A stretch of DNA of 64,000 nt from Raillietiella orientalis (Eukaryota). Within the stretch, counting starts at the first letter, position 1. Every line of letters begins with the position of its first letter. Position numbers and translations under genes: made by a program. Of the stretch, positions 1 through 13,949 are shown in pieces. The stretch lies in the NCBI GenBank assembly GCA_036172245.1, contig JAYWIR010000021.1:930001-994000 (forward strand), in the 5' to 3' direction. Under the pieces are notes generated by a model that was given only the letters and a program-made list of their open reading frames with translations, did no database searches and was not told the DNA's origin.

Positions 1-3000
1 TCCAGGGCCTGACGCCGGAGGACTCGGGCGCGTACCAGTGCCTCGCGTCTAACCCCGCGGGGAGCGTCCGGTCGACGGTCTATCTGCACGTCCAGTCGGT
101 TCGGTCGATGCGTGGGGAAGGCGGGACGGAAGACCTCCCTTCGGAGCCGCGGAACCTGCGCGCAACCTTCATCTCGACGCGATCGGTGGAGCTGAACTGG
201 AGCCTCCCGGAGCGCGGGCCGGTCGATGCGTACGCCCTGACCTACTGGCAAGACGGCTCCTCAAGGTACGCCCTGGCCCTCCCTCCCCGTCCAGTCGACC
301 CAACTCTTCCACTCTCACCCCCCCACCTCTTTTTTTCTTCTTCCTCAGGGAGCGCGCCGTCAACATTACCACGGAAGGCACCGACGTGGGGAATCTGCAG
401 CCCAGCAGCAAGTACAACTTCCAGGTCGCCGCCTGGAACTTCGCCGGCCTCGGTCCGAGCTCCCCTGTGCTGACCATCCTGACCCAGGAGGAGGACCGCG
501 TGCCCAGTCCGCCGTCGAACTTCCGGGTTCTCCCGGTGTCCCCGCGGGCTCTGCTTGCGTCCTGGGAACCCCCTGCCGACGCCGGGCAGCAGTGCCTCAA
601 GACGTGCAACTACACCGTGTACTACATAGCGGTTAGTTCGCGGCCCTTCCGCTCCCCGTTCCTAAGAGGGGCGGCGACCTCCGCATCGCCCTTCCTCTCC
701 CCACCTTGTCTTTGCAGGAAGATGACTCCAGCGAGCGCTCGGTGGTCACAAGCGAGAGGGAGCTGCTGTTGTCTGGCCTCGGCAAGAACACGCTGTACCT
801 GGTGTGGGCGACGGCCAACGCAGAGGGGGCGTCGGGGCGCTCCACCGAGGAGGTCGCCGTGCGGACGCTGGGCGACAGGCCGGACGCGCCCCCGCAAAAC
901 GTGTCGGCGGAGCCAGCGAGCGCCACCTCGGTGGTCGTCAACTGGGAGCCCCTCCCGGAGAAGGACCGCAACGGCGCCATCACGGGCTACCGCGTCCGCT
1001 ACCGTCCCCGTCACCACGGAGGCGGTGCCGGCGCCAGCAGGAAGGAGGCGGGAGAGACGTTGGATGCGAGCGGGGGAGGGCGGCGCTCGATACTCATCTC
1101 GGGCCTGCAGAGGGGAGCCGCATATAGCGTGCGGGTGGCCGCCCAGAACATCAACGGCACCGGGCCCGCCTCCGACTGGGTTGAGGTCAGGACCCTGGAC
1201 AACGATCTGGACGAGAGTCGCGTGCCAGACCCTCCAGAGTCCATCCGTGCTCGCCCGTCGGCCACCAGCATCCAGGTGTCGTGGACCCCTCCTTCGGACG
1301 CGACCACGATGGTCCGCGGGTACACGATCGGCTACGGCGTGGGCATCCCGGACGTGTACCGCCAGGTGCTCAGCAGCGGCCACAGGCGGCAGTATGAGAT
1401 CCGCGACCTGCGGCCGAACGCGGAGTACGTGCTGAGCCTGCGTGCCTACAACCTTGTGGGGGATGGCCCACCCATCTACGAGACGGTGCGCACGCACCCG
1501 GAATCCCCCTCCTCCACTGCGGACGAGGACCCCATCGTGCCCCCCGTCGGACTGACGTCGCTGGCAGATTCACCCACCAGCATCGTCCTGAGCTGGAGCG
1601 ACTCGGACGCGGGGTCCTCCCCTCATTCCCCCGGAGCGGCGGCGGAGGCCACAGAAGGACGCGTCTACACGGTCCGCTACCGCACGCGCCTCCACGCGCG
1701 CTTCCGCTACCGCAACACCACGCGGCGCACCCTGCGCGTGGAGGGTCTCCGACCAGACACATTGTACGAGTTCAGCGTGAGAGCGGTCCAGGGCCGGAAG
1801 CACAGTGACTGGAGTCTGGTGCTAGCCAACTCCACTCAGGAGGCGTCCCCGGATTCGCCCCCCCGCGACCTGACCATCGTTCCGCATGCCACCCTGCGTG
1901 GGGTCGTCAGCCTGCACTGGCAACCCCCGCGACTTTCCAATGGCCGCATCACCGGCTACGTCATCTCGTACACCAGCAACCGCACCCAGGGCGAACGGGA
2001 GTGGATCGTTGGAGGCATCGTGGGCGACCGCATGACTACCTCCATCCACTCGCTGATCCCGGATACCACCTACTACTTCAAGATCCAGGCCAGAAACCGC
2101 AAAGGGTACGGCCCTTTCTCCCAGGTGATATCGTACCACACGCAGCCCGGTAAGCACGTCTCCTCGCACCTTCCCTCCTCCCCTCCCTTCTCTACGTTTC
2201 CCTGGAAACGGGATCCCAACTTCCTTCCAGCCTCCCCTGGCACCCTTTCTGGAGACGCGAAGTGGTACGCCCTGTACGCGTCCGTCGCCCTGGTGATGTC
2301 GATGCTGCTTGCCGGCAGCGTTTTCTTCTGCATGCGGAAGCATCTCATGGAGAACGCCAAGCGCAACAGGAAGGGTTACATCAAGGGCGAGAAACGCCTG
2401 GAGACCACCGTGCCTCCCGACCTCTGGTGCGAGCACCAGGATCACATCCTGGAGATGCGTGCGCGTAGCGCCGACTGGACGGAGGAGCTGAGCTCCGAGA
2501 AAGGAGGGGAGGAAGCGACGGCGGGCGATGACCACCACCTCCACACCAACCACCGCCACCACGACGATGGCGCCAACAGCTTCCGTCGTCCGGCCAAACC
2601 CCGGCCCATCATGATACCCATCGATGCTCAGCCTCCCAAGGAACGTGAGTACGGCCTCTTCCTGCGTCCCGGAATCACCTCGGACGTTCCGTCCAGCCGT
2701 CGCCCTGGCGACCTCCCTGGGGAACGGGGGAGCCATCATCTACTCGCGCTCAGGTGGCAGGAAGAAGCTGATCCCTGCACGCCTGCCCAACGGCATGATT
2801 CAGTCGGACAGCCCGTGCGATTCCCCGGGCAGCGAGCAGAACCCCAACGACACGTCCTCCAGCTCCAAGAGCTCGCTGGGGTGCCCCCTCCGCAGCTTTG
2901 GAGCCTTCCCCAGCTCCCCCACGTCCTCCTCCGAGTTCAACTTGAGCTCTCCCTTCCAAGTGCGGAAGCTGAAGCGACCCCCCTCCAGCCCCGGGCGAGG

Positions 3001-3118
3001 CCCCTGCTTGCAGACGGGTGGCGGCGTCGACGCGGAGCGCGAGGAGGAGCAGCAGCAGCAGATCGCCGTGCTGGAGCACATCATCAAGGATCTCAGCGAA
3101 ATTCGCATAACGGAATGA
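1..3118 (+). CDS. unc-40/fra (DCC): Netrin receptor DCC/neogenin/frazzled/UNC-40, 3' part (last Ig domain, six FN3 domains, TM, cytoplasmic tail); 5' end lies outside the window
   Basis: Exons <1-265, 349-631, 718-2149, 2231-2644, 2697-3118 joined by GT-AG introns with consistent phase. Ig motif EDSGAYQCLASN; six FN3 starts (PSEPRN, VPSPPSN, PDAPPQN, VPDPPES, VPPVG, PDSPPRD); FN6 TTYYFKIQARNRKGYGP; TM WYALYASVALVMSMLLAGSVFFC; P1-like PPDLW; P3-like VLEHIIKDLSEI; TGA at 3116-3118. Confidence 0.95.
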
Positions 3119-6100
3119 CCCGACATGCGCCCGGGACGACGGCGGCGGCGGCAGCGGCATCTGGCGGTGGAGCTCTGAGCGCAGCCGAATCGAGTCCCAA
3201 TAAAACCTCCTCCCCCACTTCCAACCCGTACTCCTCCCGACGGTGGGGCATTCGCTCCCGCAGCTCGACCCCGTTCCTTTCCTCCCTGCGCCCTCCTCCA
3301 AAGAACGGGGAAAGAAGCACAGTGCCCTCTCGCGGTGTAGCAGGCCTTTTTCGTCGAAGCCGCGATGGGCTTCTGGCAAAACCAGCGCGTGGGGAGGATG
3401 TTCGTCCCGCCTCGGGGAAAGGCCAGGCGCGAGGGCGCGCGCGCGCGCGCTCCCACTCGCCCGCTGCTATCCCTCCCACTGGTGCGTTCGTCGTGGTCAC
3501 GAGCGTCCACGAAAGCGTCGGAGGGTTGCCAGGGCTCTGAAACGCGGCTGTCACGGGCAGTGGGGACGACCTAGTCACCTGGAGATGCGTTCCTTAGCGT
3601 CTCTCCGCCTACTGGATATCGTCGTCGCCGCCGGGTGTGGGAATTTTCAGCGCCCCAGGATTGCGGTCGGCAGCATTCCCATCAGGATCCCTCCTTGCGC
3701 GTCTCTTTTTCTTCGTTTTATCCCTTTGTGGTGGCCGTCTAGCTGGAGGAAGCTGAACATGCTGGATCGCACGTGATGAATTATTTTGAGGGGAAAGGAG
3801 GAAACCTTGGAGACCGCGCCGCAGCCGTCCGGTCGGCCAAGGTCGTTCGTTCACGGGCTCGCTGGCCGCGTGCTTTCGCGCTCGTGCTGCCCTCCCTCTC
3901 CCATAAAGAAGAGCGGCGGCAGACGCGTGCGTTTACAACGACCTCTGCCTGGAGCCTCCGCCGCCACTGCGAAGCGGAGCTCCTGCGGACGGGGGGGAAA
4001 TGGCAGGTTAGGTAGGTGGCTCTCAGTACCAACGGGCGGCGACTCCAAAACGAGTACGCTGTGCCGTCCCGGACGCACCTCTTGCTGATGTAACGAAGGA
4101 AGAACAGACGCTCCTCCGCCTCGCAGGGGTGCGGTACGGTGGACTTGACCTTTTCTCCCCCTTCATTTCCCAAGGAAGGCCCGAGCACACCGGCGTCCTC
4201 AGACCTTGCAACTGCAAGGGTTCTTCCATCGGAGTCTGCAAGGCCCAGGAAACGGCCGCAGCGGATGGCTCCCCCTGCGGCGACAGAGGGGACGGAAGGA
4301 CGGGCGGTTCACGAACCTGGGGAGAGGGGCTTCCGGCGCTCGACTCGAGACGGGAGTGGCGTGCAGAAGGAAGGGGAGAGTGTCCAGCAGGCAGTGCGGT
4401 TCTCGCCATTGCGCTCCGGCCCTCCCGTGCCATCCCGAAAGGGCCGATCGGGGAGGGGAGGGCACTCGGATCGTCGCTCTCTCGCGCGCTACACCACAGA
4501 CCTCACCCCGCCCCTGCGAAGCGGGGGGAAATCCTTGCCTTTTCCCTCATCAGTGTCCTCCGGCGCCTGCACCTCGCAGGGGGCAGGCACGGAGGGTGAT
4601 CAGCCCTTTCCCGCGAGTGGGTCGTGCCACCGGCGGGGGTGGAGCCTTCTGGTACCCCCCCCTCTGCACTGGACTGGATACACACTGGCGATGGTTGATG
4701 ATGATGATGAGCCGACCGTTCTCGTCGACGCCCTATTTGCCCTGCGCAATGTTTCGTGGGGAGGGAGATCGCAGTGCCACCCTCGGCACCCGTGGTCTTT
4801 GATGACGGTAGCCCTCTGGTGCCCCTGTGGAGCTCTCTTTTCTTTCCCATCTCCTCTCCTGACGAAGGGGGGAGCGTTCCCCCCTTCCGCCCCCCCTCCC
4901 CCTCATCCCTGACGCCTAGGGTGAACCCTCCCCGCCCCAGCCCGCTTCCTCCCCAGCGAACCGCGAATGACCGTTCCCCCATGGAGCCTCCCAGAACGAG
5001 TTTCTGGAATTGCGCCGTTGCTATCCGCTCCAGAGCGCCCGGATGTCCTCGCCTTCTCCCGGAGATTCCCCCCGCGCGCCGCAGCAGCCGGAAGGAGGGG
5101 AAGGACGGCTTTGGGCGTTTTCTGCTGACGAGGCAGCGACGACGAGGGGAGTGACAGACGGGAGTAGTGAGGAGGGTGGACAATGGCCGGGCTCTCCCGA
5201 ATTCTTCCCACGCCGCTGCCTACAGGACTTCCCCAGCGGAGAAGATCACGGGGAGATCGAGAGCGCGCGCGCGGCAAAGGGACGACGACGACGATGGGGC
5301 CCCGGGGAGGAAGGCTCAGCCGAGAAGGAGGAGGAGGCGTGGTGAGGCCGCCGCCGAAGAGAGGACTGAGCCTCGAGCGGCAGCCTGGCGAGCTGCGGGG
5401 GTGAGAGCGCCTCCGCCCCGTACTCTTTCCGAAGCAGAATGCCTTCGGCAGGAGGCGCCCGTCTCCCATCTGGTGATCCGTGGTGGTCTCCTTCGCTGCG
5501 GGAACTGCACGGACCAGCGCCCCTTATCCCGAAGTCCGGATGCTGGTGCTTGCATTCGGTGAAAGAGGATGCTGCGGATCGAATCGTCTGTTCCCCCCAC
5601 CCCACCCCCCATCCCTCGTGGACTAGCTGATTTTTGCGCCAACGGCAATGCCCTCTCGTTTCAAACGGAGGGAGTCGCCCATGGACGCATTCGCGACCTC
5701 CATCCAGGCTCCCTGAAGATCACAAACTCTTTGTGTGTGAAGAGTGGGCGGACGTGAATCCCACGCGAGGCGTGCGAACGGGTGCTGCCGATCCTCCCCG
5801 CCAGAGCGCGCGGCTTCCGATGCCCAGAGTCCTCTCGGTCCGACCTTTCTCCTTTTTTACGATATTTTCAGCTGGCCACTCCTTGACTCGCGTTCGGTGT
5901 GTTTCGGCAGCTCCGTGCGCCCTGCTGCACATCTTGCGCCAGAAAATGTGCAGCTCTGAAATCGTGAGGAGCCACTACGGTCCGCAACCCGGCGGAGCTG
6001 CATCCCACCTGGAACCTTTGATCGTAGTGTTGCCCTCGCGCAGCAACTGGGGTTGGTTTGGATTGGAGATGGGAGAACGGAAAAGAAGGAAGGAAGGAAA

Positions 6101-6169
6101 GCACCCCGACTGGAACATTGCCGTCGATAAAGGGTTTAGCGGTGGGAGCCAGCTTCCATTTTAGTGGCT

Positions 6170-7328
6170 ACTGACGGCACCGTTTCTTATGCATCCATTC
6201 AGCCTGCAGACTAAGGGGATTCGTTTTCAACCTAAGCTCGCACCAGGAAGGATCGAATACGAAGACATGTCCATTTGCGTTCAGGAAAACGAAACGAATC
6301 CTCAGCGCACTACAATGTTTCGATTGTATGTACAAATCTGAAACAGCAAACAGTTTAGAATCAGAGTTCCGCTTTACCCTAAACTGTTTTCGGTTCAGGG
6401 TAAAGTGCAACTTGATCCATACATTCGAAGGAGGAAAGGAATGCTCCACCCGCACTCTTTCTGATCGTAAGTCTGATCACGTTACTTTTGATAAGCTAAC
6501 TTTTGAATATGACCTTAAAGACTCTTATAGAGTTGCCTAAATTTAAGAAATGAGATCAGTTGGAAAATATTGAAAAACGGATTTACTTCTTTAAGCATGC
6601 AAATGAGACTAGCGAAGGAGACCTAAGAAAAATAATAGGCAATGATGATCCTGTTTGTATTTGCTCTCACCTTTCGAACAAGTAAGGTTCATAAATGATC
6701 TGCATCCTAAACTGCTTTGCAAAATGAATTTTTTCCCTATCTGTTGGATAGAAATACGGAACGGAGAGAAGTGTTAAAATAAATTGTTACTCTTCGATAG
6801 TCATCCTTGTACCGCTCAAATTTTAGGCTAAAATTTGAATCGTTAACCAGCGAATGTGCTTTCCCTACTTATCTGGAAGACTTTGGGTCTTCCTATCTTG
6901 GAAATATTAAGAAAGCGCATAAAAATTATCTGATTGAATATTTACTAAAGAATGTTACACCTTGATAACAAACTGGTGCACAATTTGCTCTCCTACTGTC
7001 ACATGCTTACTAAATTGAAAAGCAGTGACCTACCTTGCCTACTCTTCTTGCATATTTTTGTGGCTCCTTTGTGAAAAATCTCCCCAATTGTTTCAGCTAT
7101 GCTAAGAGCGAAAGGAAAGTGAAGGCGGTCTAATTTTTTTTAATAGTCATTCATAACTTTGACTAAGTAGTTGTTAATGGACAGCCTTGAGATCTACCAT
7201 ATAATCTTGCGTCCTTGCGCAAATCCTTTGCCTGATTTTTTTTTTTCAAAACTGGGAGGTAAACAAACAGATAAAACGTACGTAGCCTTGTTTTTCCTAA
7301 ACTTTTCTGCTTAAATGGGCGCATGGAA
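6170..7328 (-). CDS. Possible spliced gene of unknown product, divergent from ZPR1
   Basis: Series of minus-strand GT/AG pairs at short spacing that can be joined into an open peptide (MRPFKQKSLGKTRL/RKGFAQGRKII/CIAETIGEIFHKGATKICKKSRQ/GEQIVHQFVIK...). No family recognised; boundaries uncertain. Confidence 0.25.
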
Positions 7329-7759
7329 AATCATGCGAAGCATAAAACTTTAAAAGTAATAAACAAAAGAAGATTGATTCTCCCCTTTCGGACGACATAG
7401 AAACCTCACATTTCAAGATTCCTCGTCTTCGAAATTATCGGGTAAGAGTGAGTCCATGGTGGCAACCCTAAAGCGTGGATCTTCCGAAAATGCGTGTTTG
7501 TGGTATGGCAAGAGCTGATGGCTCCCGTGGTCTTCGAGTAACGTCCACGATGTTACTGAATATTGCATGTGGTGACTGTGTGCTTTGCTGAGCATGAGTG
7601 AATTCGACGTGGTGTCCAAGACTTATCGGAAGCCTTACCGAGAAAATCCTAAAAGAAGAAAATCGTAAGTGAGAGAAGTTTGATTTACTTGTATGAGCAC
7701 GACGTATCCCAACGTGAACTGCATCTATTAATGTTTCACTTGCATGATCAGTAATAAAA

Positions 7760-9321
7760 ATGGAGAGTAGCCCACAGCTGTTCCCTGAAATCAGCGATTC
7801 CTCCCAAGTTAGTGAAATTTCCTCATACTGTGTCAACTGTGGGAAAAATGTGAGGTGATGAGTTTTGGTGTTTCATTAGTAAAATTTCACGCAGGGAACC
7901 ACGAAAATGATGCTTACAAAGATACCATTTTACAAGGAAATTATAATCATGTCATTTGAATGCCCTCATTGTGGTCTGCAAAATAATGAAGTACAGTCGG
8001 GAGCGAAAATCCAGGTTAAAGGAATAAGAGCTAAATTAAAAGTCGAAGGTTTTAAAGATTTATCGCGAATGATTGTGAAATCAGAATGGGCAGAAATGAG
8101 TATTCCTGAAATAGAATTGGAGATTCCCGCTAGGTCACAGAACGGAGGTAATGACTCTTCTACTCGCAACTGTAGCTCGTCATACCAAATTTTGTCTGGT
8201 AGAGGTCACTACGCTTGAAGGTGTCATTAGCAAAGCAGTTGCTGATCTTTCGGCAGAACAAGATGTTAGAAGAGAGAACGATCCTGCATTGTTTAAAAAA
8301 ATTGATGAACTACTAACAAAGCTGAATTCATTTAAGACTGGCTTGGAGAATTTTACTTTTGTGTGTAGAATAGCACAACTTGATTGAGTGATTATCCATT
8401 AGATTTTAGACGATCCAACAGGAAATAGCTATTTGGAGAATTTAAAAGTTCCACATGATGATCCACAGCTGAATATAACGTATTACACAAGAAGCCAAGA
8501 GCAAGATACTAAATTAGGTTTGCTGTGTCCCAATGAAGAACAAAATACACTAACAGATGAAGTGCTGGCCTTTAAAACAAATTGTCCAGAATGCAATGCT
8601 CCCTGTGATACTAACATGAAAGTAACAGGTAGAATTAGTAATTTGGAACAGTTCAGAAGAAAGCTGAAAATAGATATTCCATATTTTAAGCAAGTAGTTA
8701 TCATGGCTACTAATTGCTCTGTTTGTGGATTGCGCACCAATGAAGTAAAATCTGGTACTGGTATTGAACCTCAAGGAACTGAGATCAGTCTCAAACTGAC
8801 TATGCCAGATGATTTATCAAGAGATTTGCTAAAGGTAGATCCCCTCTCTACATCCTTTTAATTTTCTAAAATTTTGTTAGTCAGATACATGCCATGTGTA
8901 TATACCAGAGTTAGAACTAGAAGCTGGATCAGCTACTCTTGTAGGATGCTTTACTACAGTGGAAGGGTTGCTGCTGGCAATGAAAAAACAACTAGTAGAG
9001 GAGAATCCTTTGGTGTCTGGGGATAGTGCTAATCCAGAGTTGTCCTATCAGATGAAAACTTTTGGACAGAAACTAGATGATGTGATTGAAGGGAAAATGC
9101 CTGCACATTTGATACTAGATGACCCTGCTGGCAATAGTTATTTACAAGTGAGCTTTTTTTTTATATTCTATGCAAATCCGAAATCTGAATAGAATCCATA
9201 TGCCCCAGATGTGGATCCAAACATGCAGGTGAGGCACTACACACGAACATTTGAACAAAATGAAGAGTTGGGTTTAAATGATATTTGTACTGAAGGATAT
9301 GAGGAACTACAGAATTCATAA
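7760..9321 (+). CDS. ZPR1: Zinc finger protein ZPR1
   Basis: Seven exons: 7760-7849, 7895-8147, 8203-8360, 8403-8628, 8674-8834, 8881-9147, 9193-9321. Two C4 fingers (CVNC...CPHC; CPEC...CSVC), [12 protein letters not shown], two ILDDP(T/A)GNSYL motifs, [17 protein letters not shown] at 9319-9321. Confidence 0.97.
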
Positions 9322-9331
9322 AAACTGAAAA

Positions 9332-9337
9332 AATAAA
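9332..9337 (+). terminator. Polyadenylation signal AATAAA of ZPR1
   Basis: AATAAA 10 nt downstream of the ZPR1 stop codon. Confidence 0.6.
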
Positions 9338-9633
9338 GCTGTAGCAGCATATCTTTTATTAATTTACAAACACTACTGTTAGTCAGCCCAGCATTCACCA
9401 GCTCATTCTGCTGTTTGTTAAAAGTATTTTCAGAATTGTGGCATATACACGGATATATAATTGAAAACCATAAAACAGCGTGTTGGCGTGCACCAAAACT
9501 TTTCTCACTTTTCAGTTGAACCTTTTTTCATGGTATGTAGCAATTTTTCATCGAACATAGCGTAAGAAACGCGTTGAGTTTCTCGTAAGCTGTTACACAC
9601 ACATTCGCAACGGAAGCACCCGGAAGAATTAGC

Positions 9634-9637
<4 letters not shown>

Positions 9638-9679
<42 letters not shown>
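9638..9679. repeat. Poly(T) tract, 42 nt (poly(A) on the minus strand)
   Basis: Directly visible homopolymer, the longest in the window. Confidence 0.95.
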
Positions 9680-9682
<3 letters not shown>

Positions 9683-12662
9683 CTTCAGATACGAAATGGG
9701 TGGACAAAATTGCATACAACGATTGTTCAAAACCGCCGCGATTCCCAGCGCACATGCATATTTACGATTCGCATGCTGTCACAGAAATTGTGTCATCGGA
9801 GAGGAGAGGAGGAACCTTTGTGCCAATGCACCCCCGTAATCCCGGATCGAAGTTCTTGGGCTGCAAGCGGCCATAAGAGTCACCGGAGCGGGTGCTGCTG
9901 CCGGGAGCTCATTTTGCTTACTCGATGTGCCCTGCTATTTGTCCAATCGTCCGATTCGATCGCCCAGCCAAACGGTCCGGCTGCTCACTTTTCCACCGGG
10001 GGGTGTTCACGTGTTTGCCGGACACCCGGTGTACACCCGTGCTCGCGCGTGTGTTTGCTCGCAACGTTCCCAGCAGCCCCCCGGCTACGCCGTGCCAACG
10101 TACGGCTCCGCACCTGCAAGGAATTCGTTCATTCGTGCGGTCGAACGCACATCTGCAGCCGAGTGGTTGTTTCCGGTCCATGTCATCATCATGTGCCTCG
10201 AACGGAGTTGTCCACATGCCAGCTGAAGTGCAGCGGGAAGTCCCGTGAAGCAGTGGACGAATCGCTGCCGAAACATCCGCCGGTTCTCGCCTTGCAGCGA
10301 ACTCGGTAATCCTGCGGTGGAATTCACCTGGAGGAATGCTCTGGACCCGATTCGCGTCGTCCTTCTGAGCATCGCATGCGGCTTTGATGCTCCGCACATC
10401 AGATGAAGAAGACTCTTTTACCTCTGTACATGGGAAGATTGATACTCCGCGTGAAACTGGCGAACTGCTTATCCGCCACGACGATAGAGTTTCGGTTTGA
10501 GGCGATGTACACAGTGAAATCTGCATTTTCACGAGGATCCTCTTCACATCACAGGAACACGCTGCAGTACTCTTAAAATTCCCAACTTGGGGAAAGCGTG
10601 GCTGCTATATTTCCGCCTATATTTTGCTAGAACTGTTTTTCGATCCCTCGTTTCCCCTGAATTCGTGCACCTTGAATACTTCATTAGTACTCGAAAGATT
10701 CAGCTATGTATGCTGCATCAGGCAGTACGAACACGACCGAATCTGAATCACATACTTGATGATTCACTAAATAGAAAAGGTTTCTGAAAGAACAACTCCC
10801 CCGAATGCTTTTTTTTTGGGAGGGGGGTTCAATTAAGGAACTGAAAGCATCACATCATCAATACTAAATACATATGGGAAAGCTTGCATTGGTTCAGTTT
10901 GCTTTTGACTCTGCACCCTGACAAATTTCTAATTTTTTTTAAAATGCTGCAATTTTTGAGCCCTAAAAGTCACCATCTATTCTATGCCAACTCCACAGAT
11001 TCCTTCTTTGGCATGATATCTCTGCTAACACAAAGACTGTGCAGGCTATCAAATCTTCTTTTTTTGGCTCTAAACTCCCTGCAAGAATATATATTAATAA
11101 GTATTTGACTGCAAGTGTTGGATGAATATTGTTAGCATCAGTGACTTTTGAATTTCTATTGTACACACTTGGACAAGGAAATATTTTTTTTGCTGTAGGA
11201 AGAGTCGGTCGCTTTCATTGCAGCCAGTCAATCGTTATCTTCAAAATAAGACATTAAGCAAATGCCCCGTGTTCACACAATAACTTTACACGTAAATGGT
11301 ACGAAGAAAATCCGAGATATTATTTACTGCAATCATAAGGTTCTTAAATGTTGCCAATTTTGAAATGGTAAATGGAGAATGAAACAATGTGTATCAAAAA
11401 AGCTTGAACCTGATGTTAAAAGGGAATGATTTAAAAACATGTAAAAAAAAAATATTGCGTTGAAAAGGCAATACAGAGTTCGAGAGGGCAAAATGGTTGC
11501 ATACACAAAAAAAAAAATATGTGAAGCTAAGTGTTTTGTGAAAAACTTATTTCCCGATGGAGGATCGCAATTTTAAATATTTTCATAAATTGGTCTAACC
11601 ATTCAAAGGATGCATTCACATGTTCTGATTCAGTTGAATACAGAAATAATTAGTTGAATATGTTTTAATTAAACGTTATCATCTATTTTTAATTCATCCA
11701 TCAAGTGCGAGCATTTCCGTTTGGAAAGTTGGAAGGAATTACAAAGGAGGATTTATCGGTGATATATGAGTATATGGGAACATTATTGCAAAATTAACCA
11801 TCAGTAGAGATACGCTATATGAGATGAATCTGACTGTAATTGATTTAAAATTTAGTTTATTAAGGCAATTAGACAGTTGATTATTTATCTTGTTTCTGTT
11901 TTTTTTTTATAAAAAAGCAAAAGCAAATAAACATAGAAGATAATTGTAATTCACAGTTGAATAAAAATGTCTGCAGCAAATATTCAAAACCTTTCCTTTC
12001 CGTGTTAATTAATTTGGAATAATTTAAAGGATTCGGTACGTAATTTTCAATTTTCGTCAGTAACTTCTAGGATTAACTTTCAATAAAAGTGAAATCTAAT
12101 GCGTAATACTATGAAAGGGTGATCACAGTCCATTTGTTTTTTTATTTGTAACAGTAATCTGATAGCCTTGCTATTACGCTCGAAGTAGTGCTGCTTCAAG
12201 TAAGTGAAACTTTCGGAAGGCATTTCAAGCGTCTAAAATGGTGTGTACGGTTCCAGAAGAAGAAAAGGAAATTGGTAATTCATCCTCTACTCTTAAAATT
12301 ATTAGAAGTTTCCATTGCATGTATTTTCACCAAGCGTGTATTTCTTTATCTGTACGAAGTTTGTTTGCAACCGTGATTAAATTTTACTATTTCATATATG
12401 TGTGTCTGGCTGAAAGGTTTCTCTGTTTGGGAAGTTTACCAAAAACTTCATGTCTTGTAAGCTTTTCTAGTAGTGAGGCAGTAGACGTTAACAACTTCAG
12501 ATTTGTTATTGTGTATTCCTCAAAATTAATAGAATGATGTGCTTACCCTACATCGTAATTATTTAAAACTCTTGAGAACATGTTTTTATTTGATATTTGT
12601 TTAGTATTGGCAGTGTGTAATTTTTTTGGCCCATATGTAATTCGAATATTTTAGCAAATCAA

Positions 12663-13351
<689 letters not shown>

Positions 13352-13949
13352 TGCATTCTTATTTCAATTGATATTCATGAGAAAAGTGCAAAAGTGCAAA
13401 AAGTGAAGATTGAATATTTCAAGAACAATAAAGTAACGTTTGTTAACAATAATTGGACTATTTGAAAATCAGTCATTGTAAAGCCTGTTCAGAAAGTTGA
13501 CTTGGTTAGAGGCAGTTGTACTTTGCAATATGCCTTCAACAAACACAAAATGCAGTCTTTATGCACAGTGAATGACATGCCAACAGAACGTATGCACTTT
13601 AGATTTTGCAGATACATTTTTGCACTTTAGATTTTACAAAGGATAGGAAAATCATTAGGCAGTACGTAAGGCCAACTTTTGGTAAGAGACCAAAACTATT
13701 TATAAGTTTAGCAAGAGTGTAGTGCTCCGGTATGCTTGCTTGTATGCTGCTGCTATTTCTGAACTCTTTGATTCACCCATTCGATGTTGCAGAGTATTGC
13801 GTTATTGCATGCCCCCCTCCCCCTCCCCCCCCCCCTCTTTTTTCAAGTAACCATGGTTGCAGTGTTTAAGGCATAATTTGCAGGCATGTGGTGCGTCGGT
13901 TTCAATTGGGCCATCACAGGTTCAATTAATGATAAACGCAATTTGTGTT

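Noticed and set aside
706..3540. 944-aa ORF as a single-exon protein
   Set aside because: It reads through two introns; the homologous P3 tail is in another frame ending at 3118.
4190..4250. LRPCNCKGS resembling a RING-CH (MARCH) domain
   Set aside because: The required downstream H-x2-C and upstream C-x2-C ligands are missing.
100..6100. Many long overlapping ORFs on both strands
   Set aside because: Expected from the scarcity of stop codons in very GC-rich DNA; the peptides are R/G/P/A-rich with no motifs.
7010..7097. Minus-strand LGRFFTKEPQKYARRVGKVGHCFS resembling the cellular RdRP KYAARxGQCFS motif
   Set aside because: Followed immediately by stops; no DLDGD catalytic motif found nearby.
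13593..13635. TGCACTTTAGATTTT twice, containing a miRNA seed-like GCACTTT
   Set aside because: Lies downstream of the likely NACA poly(A) signal; probably a small local duplication.
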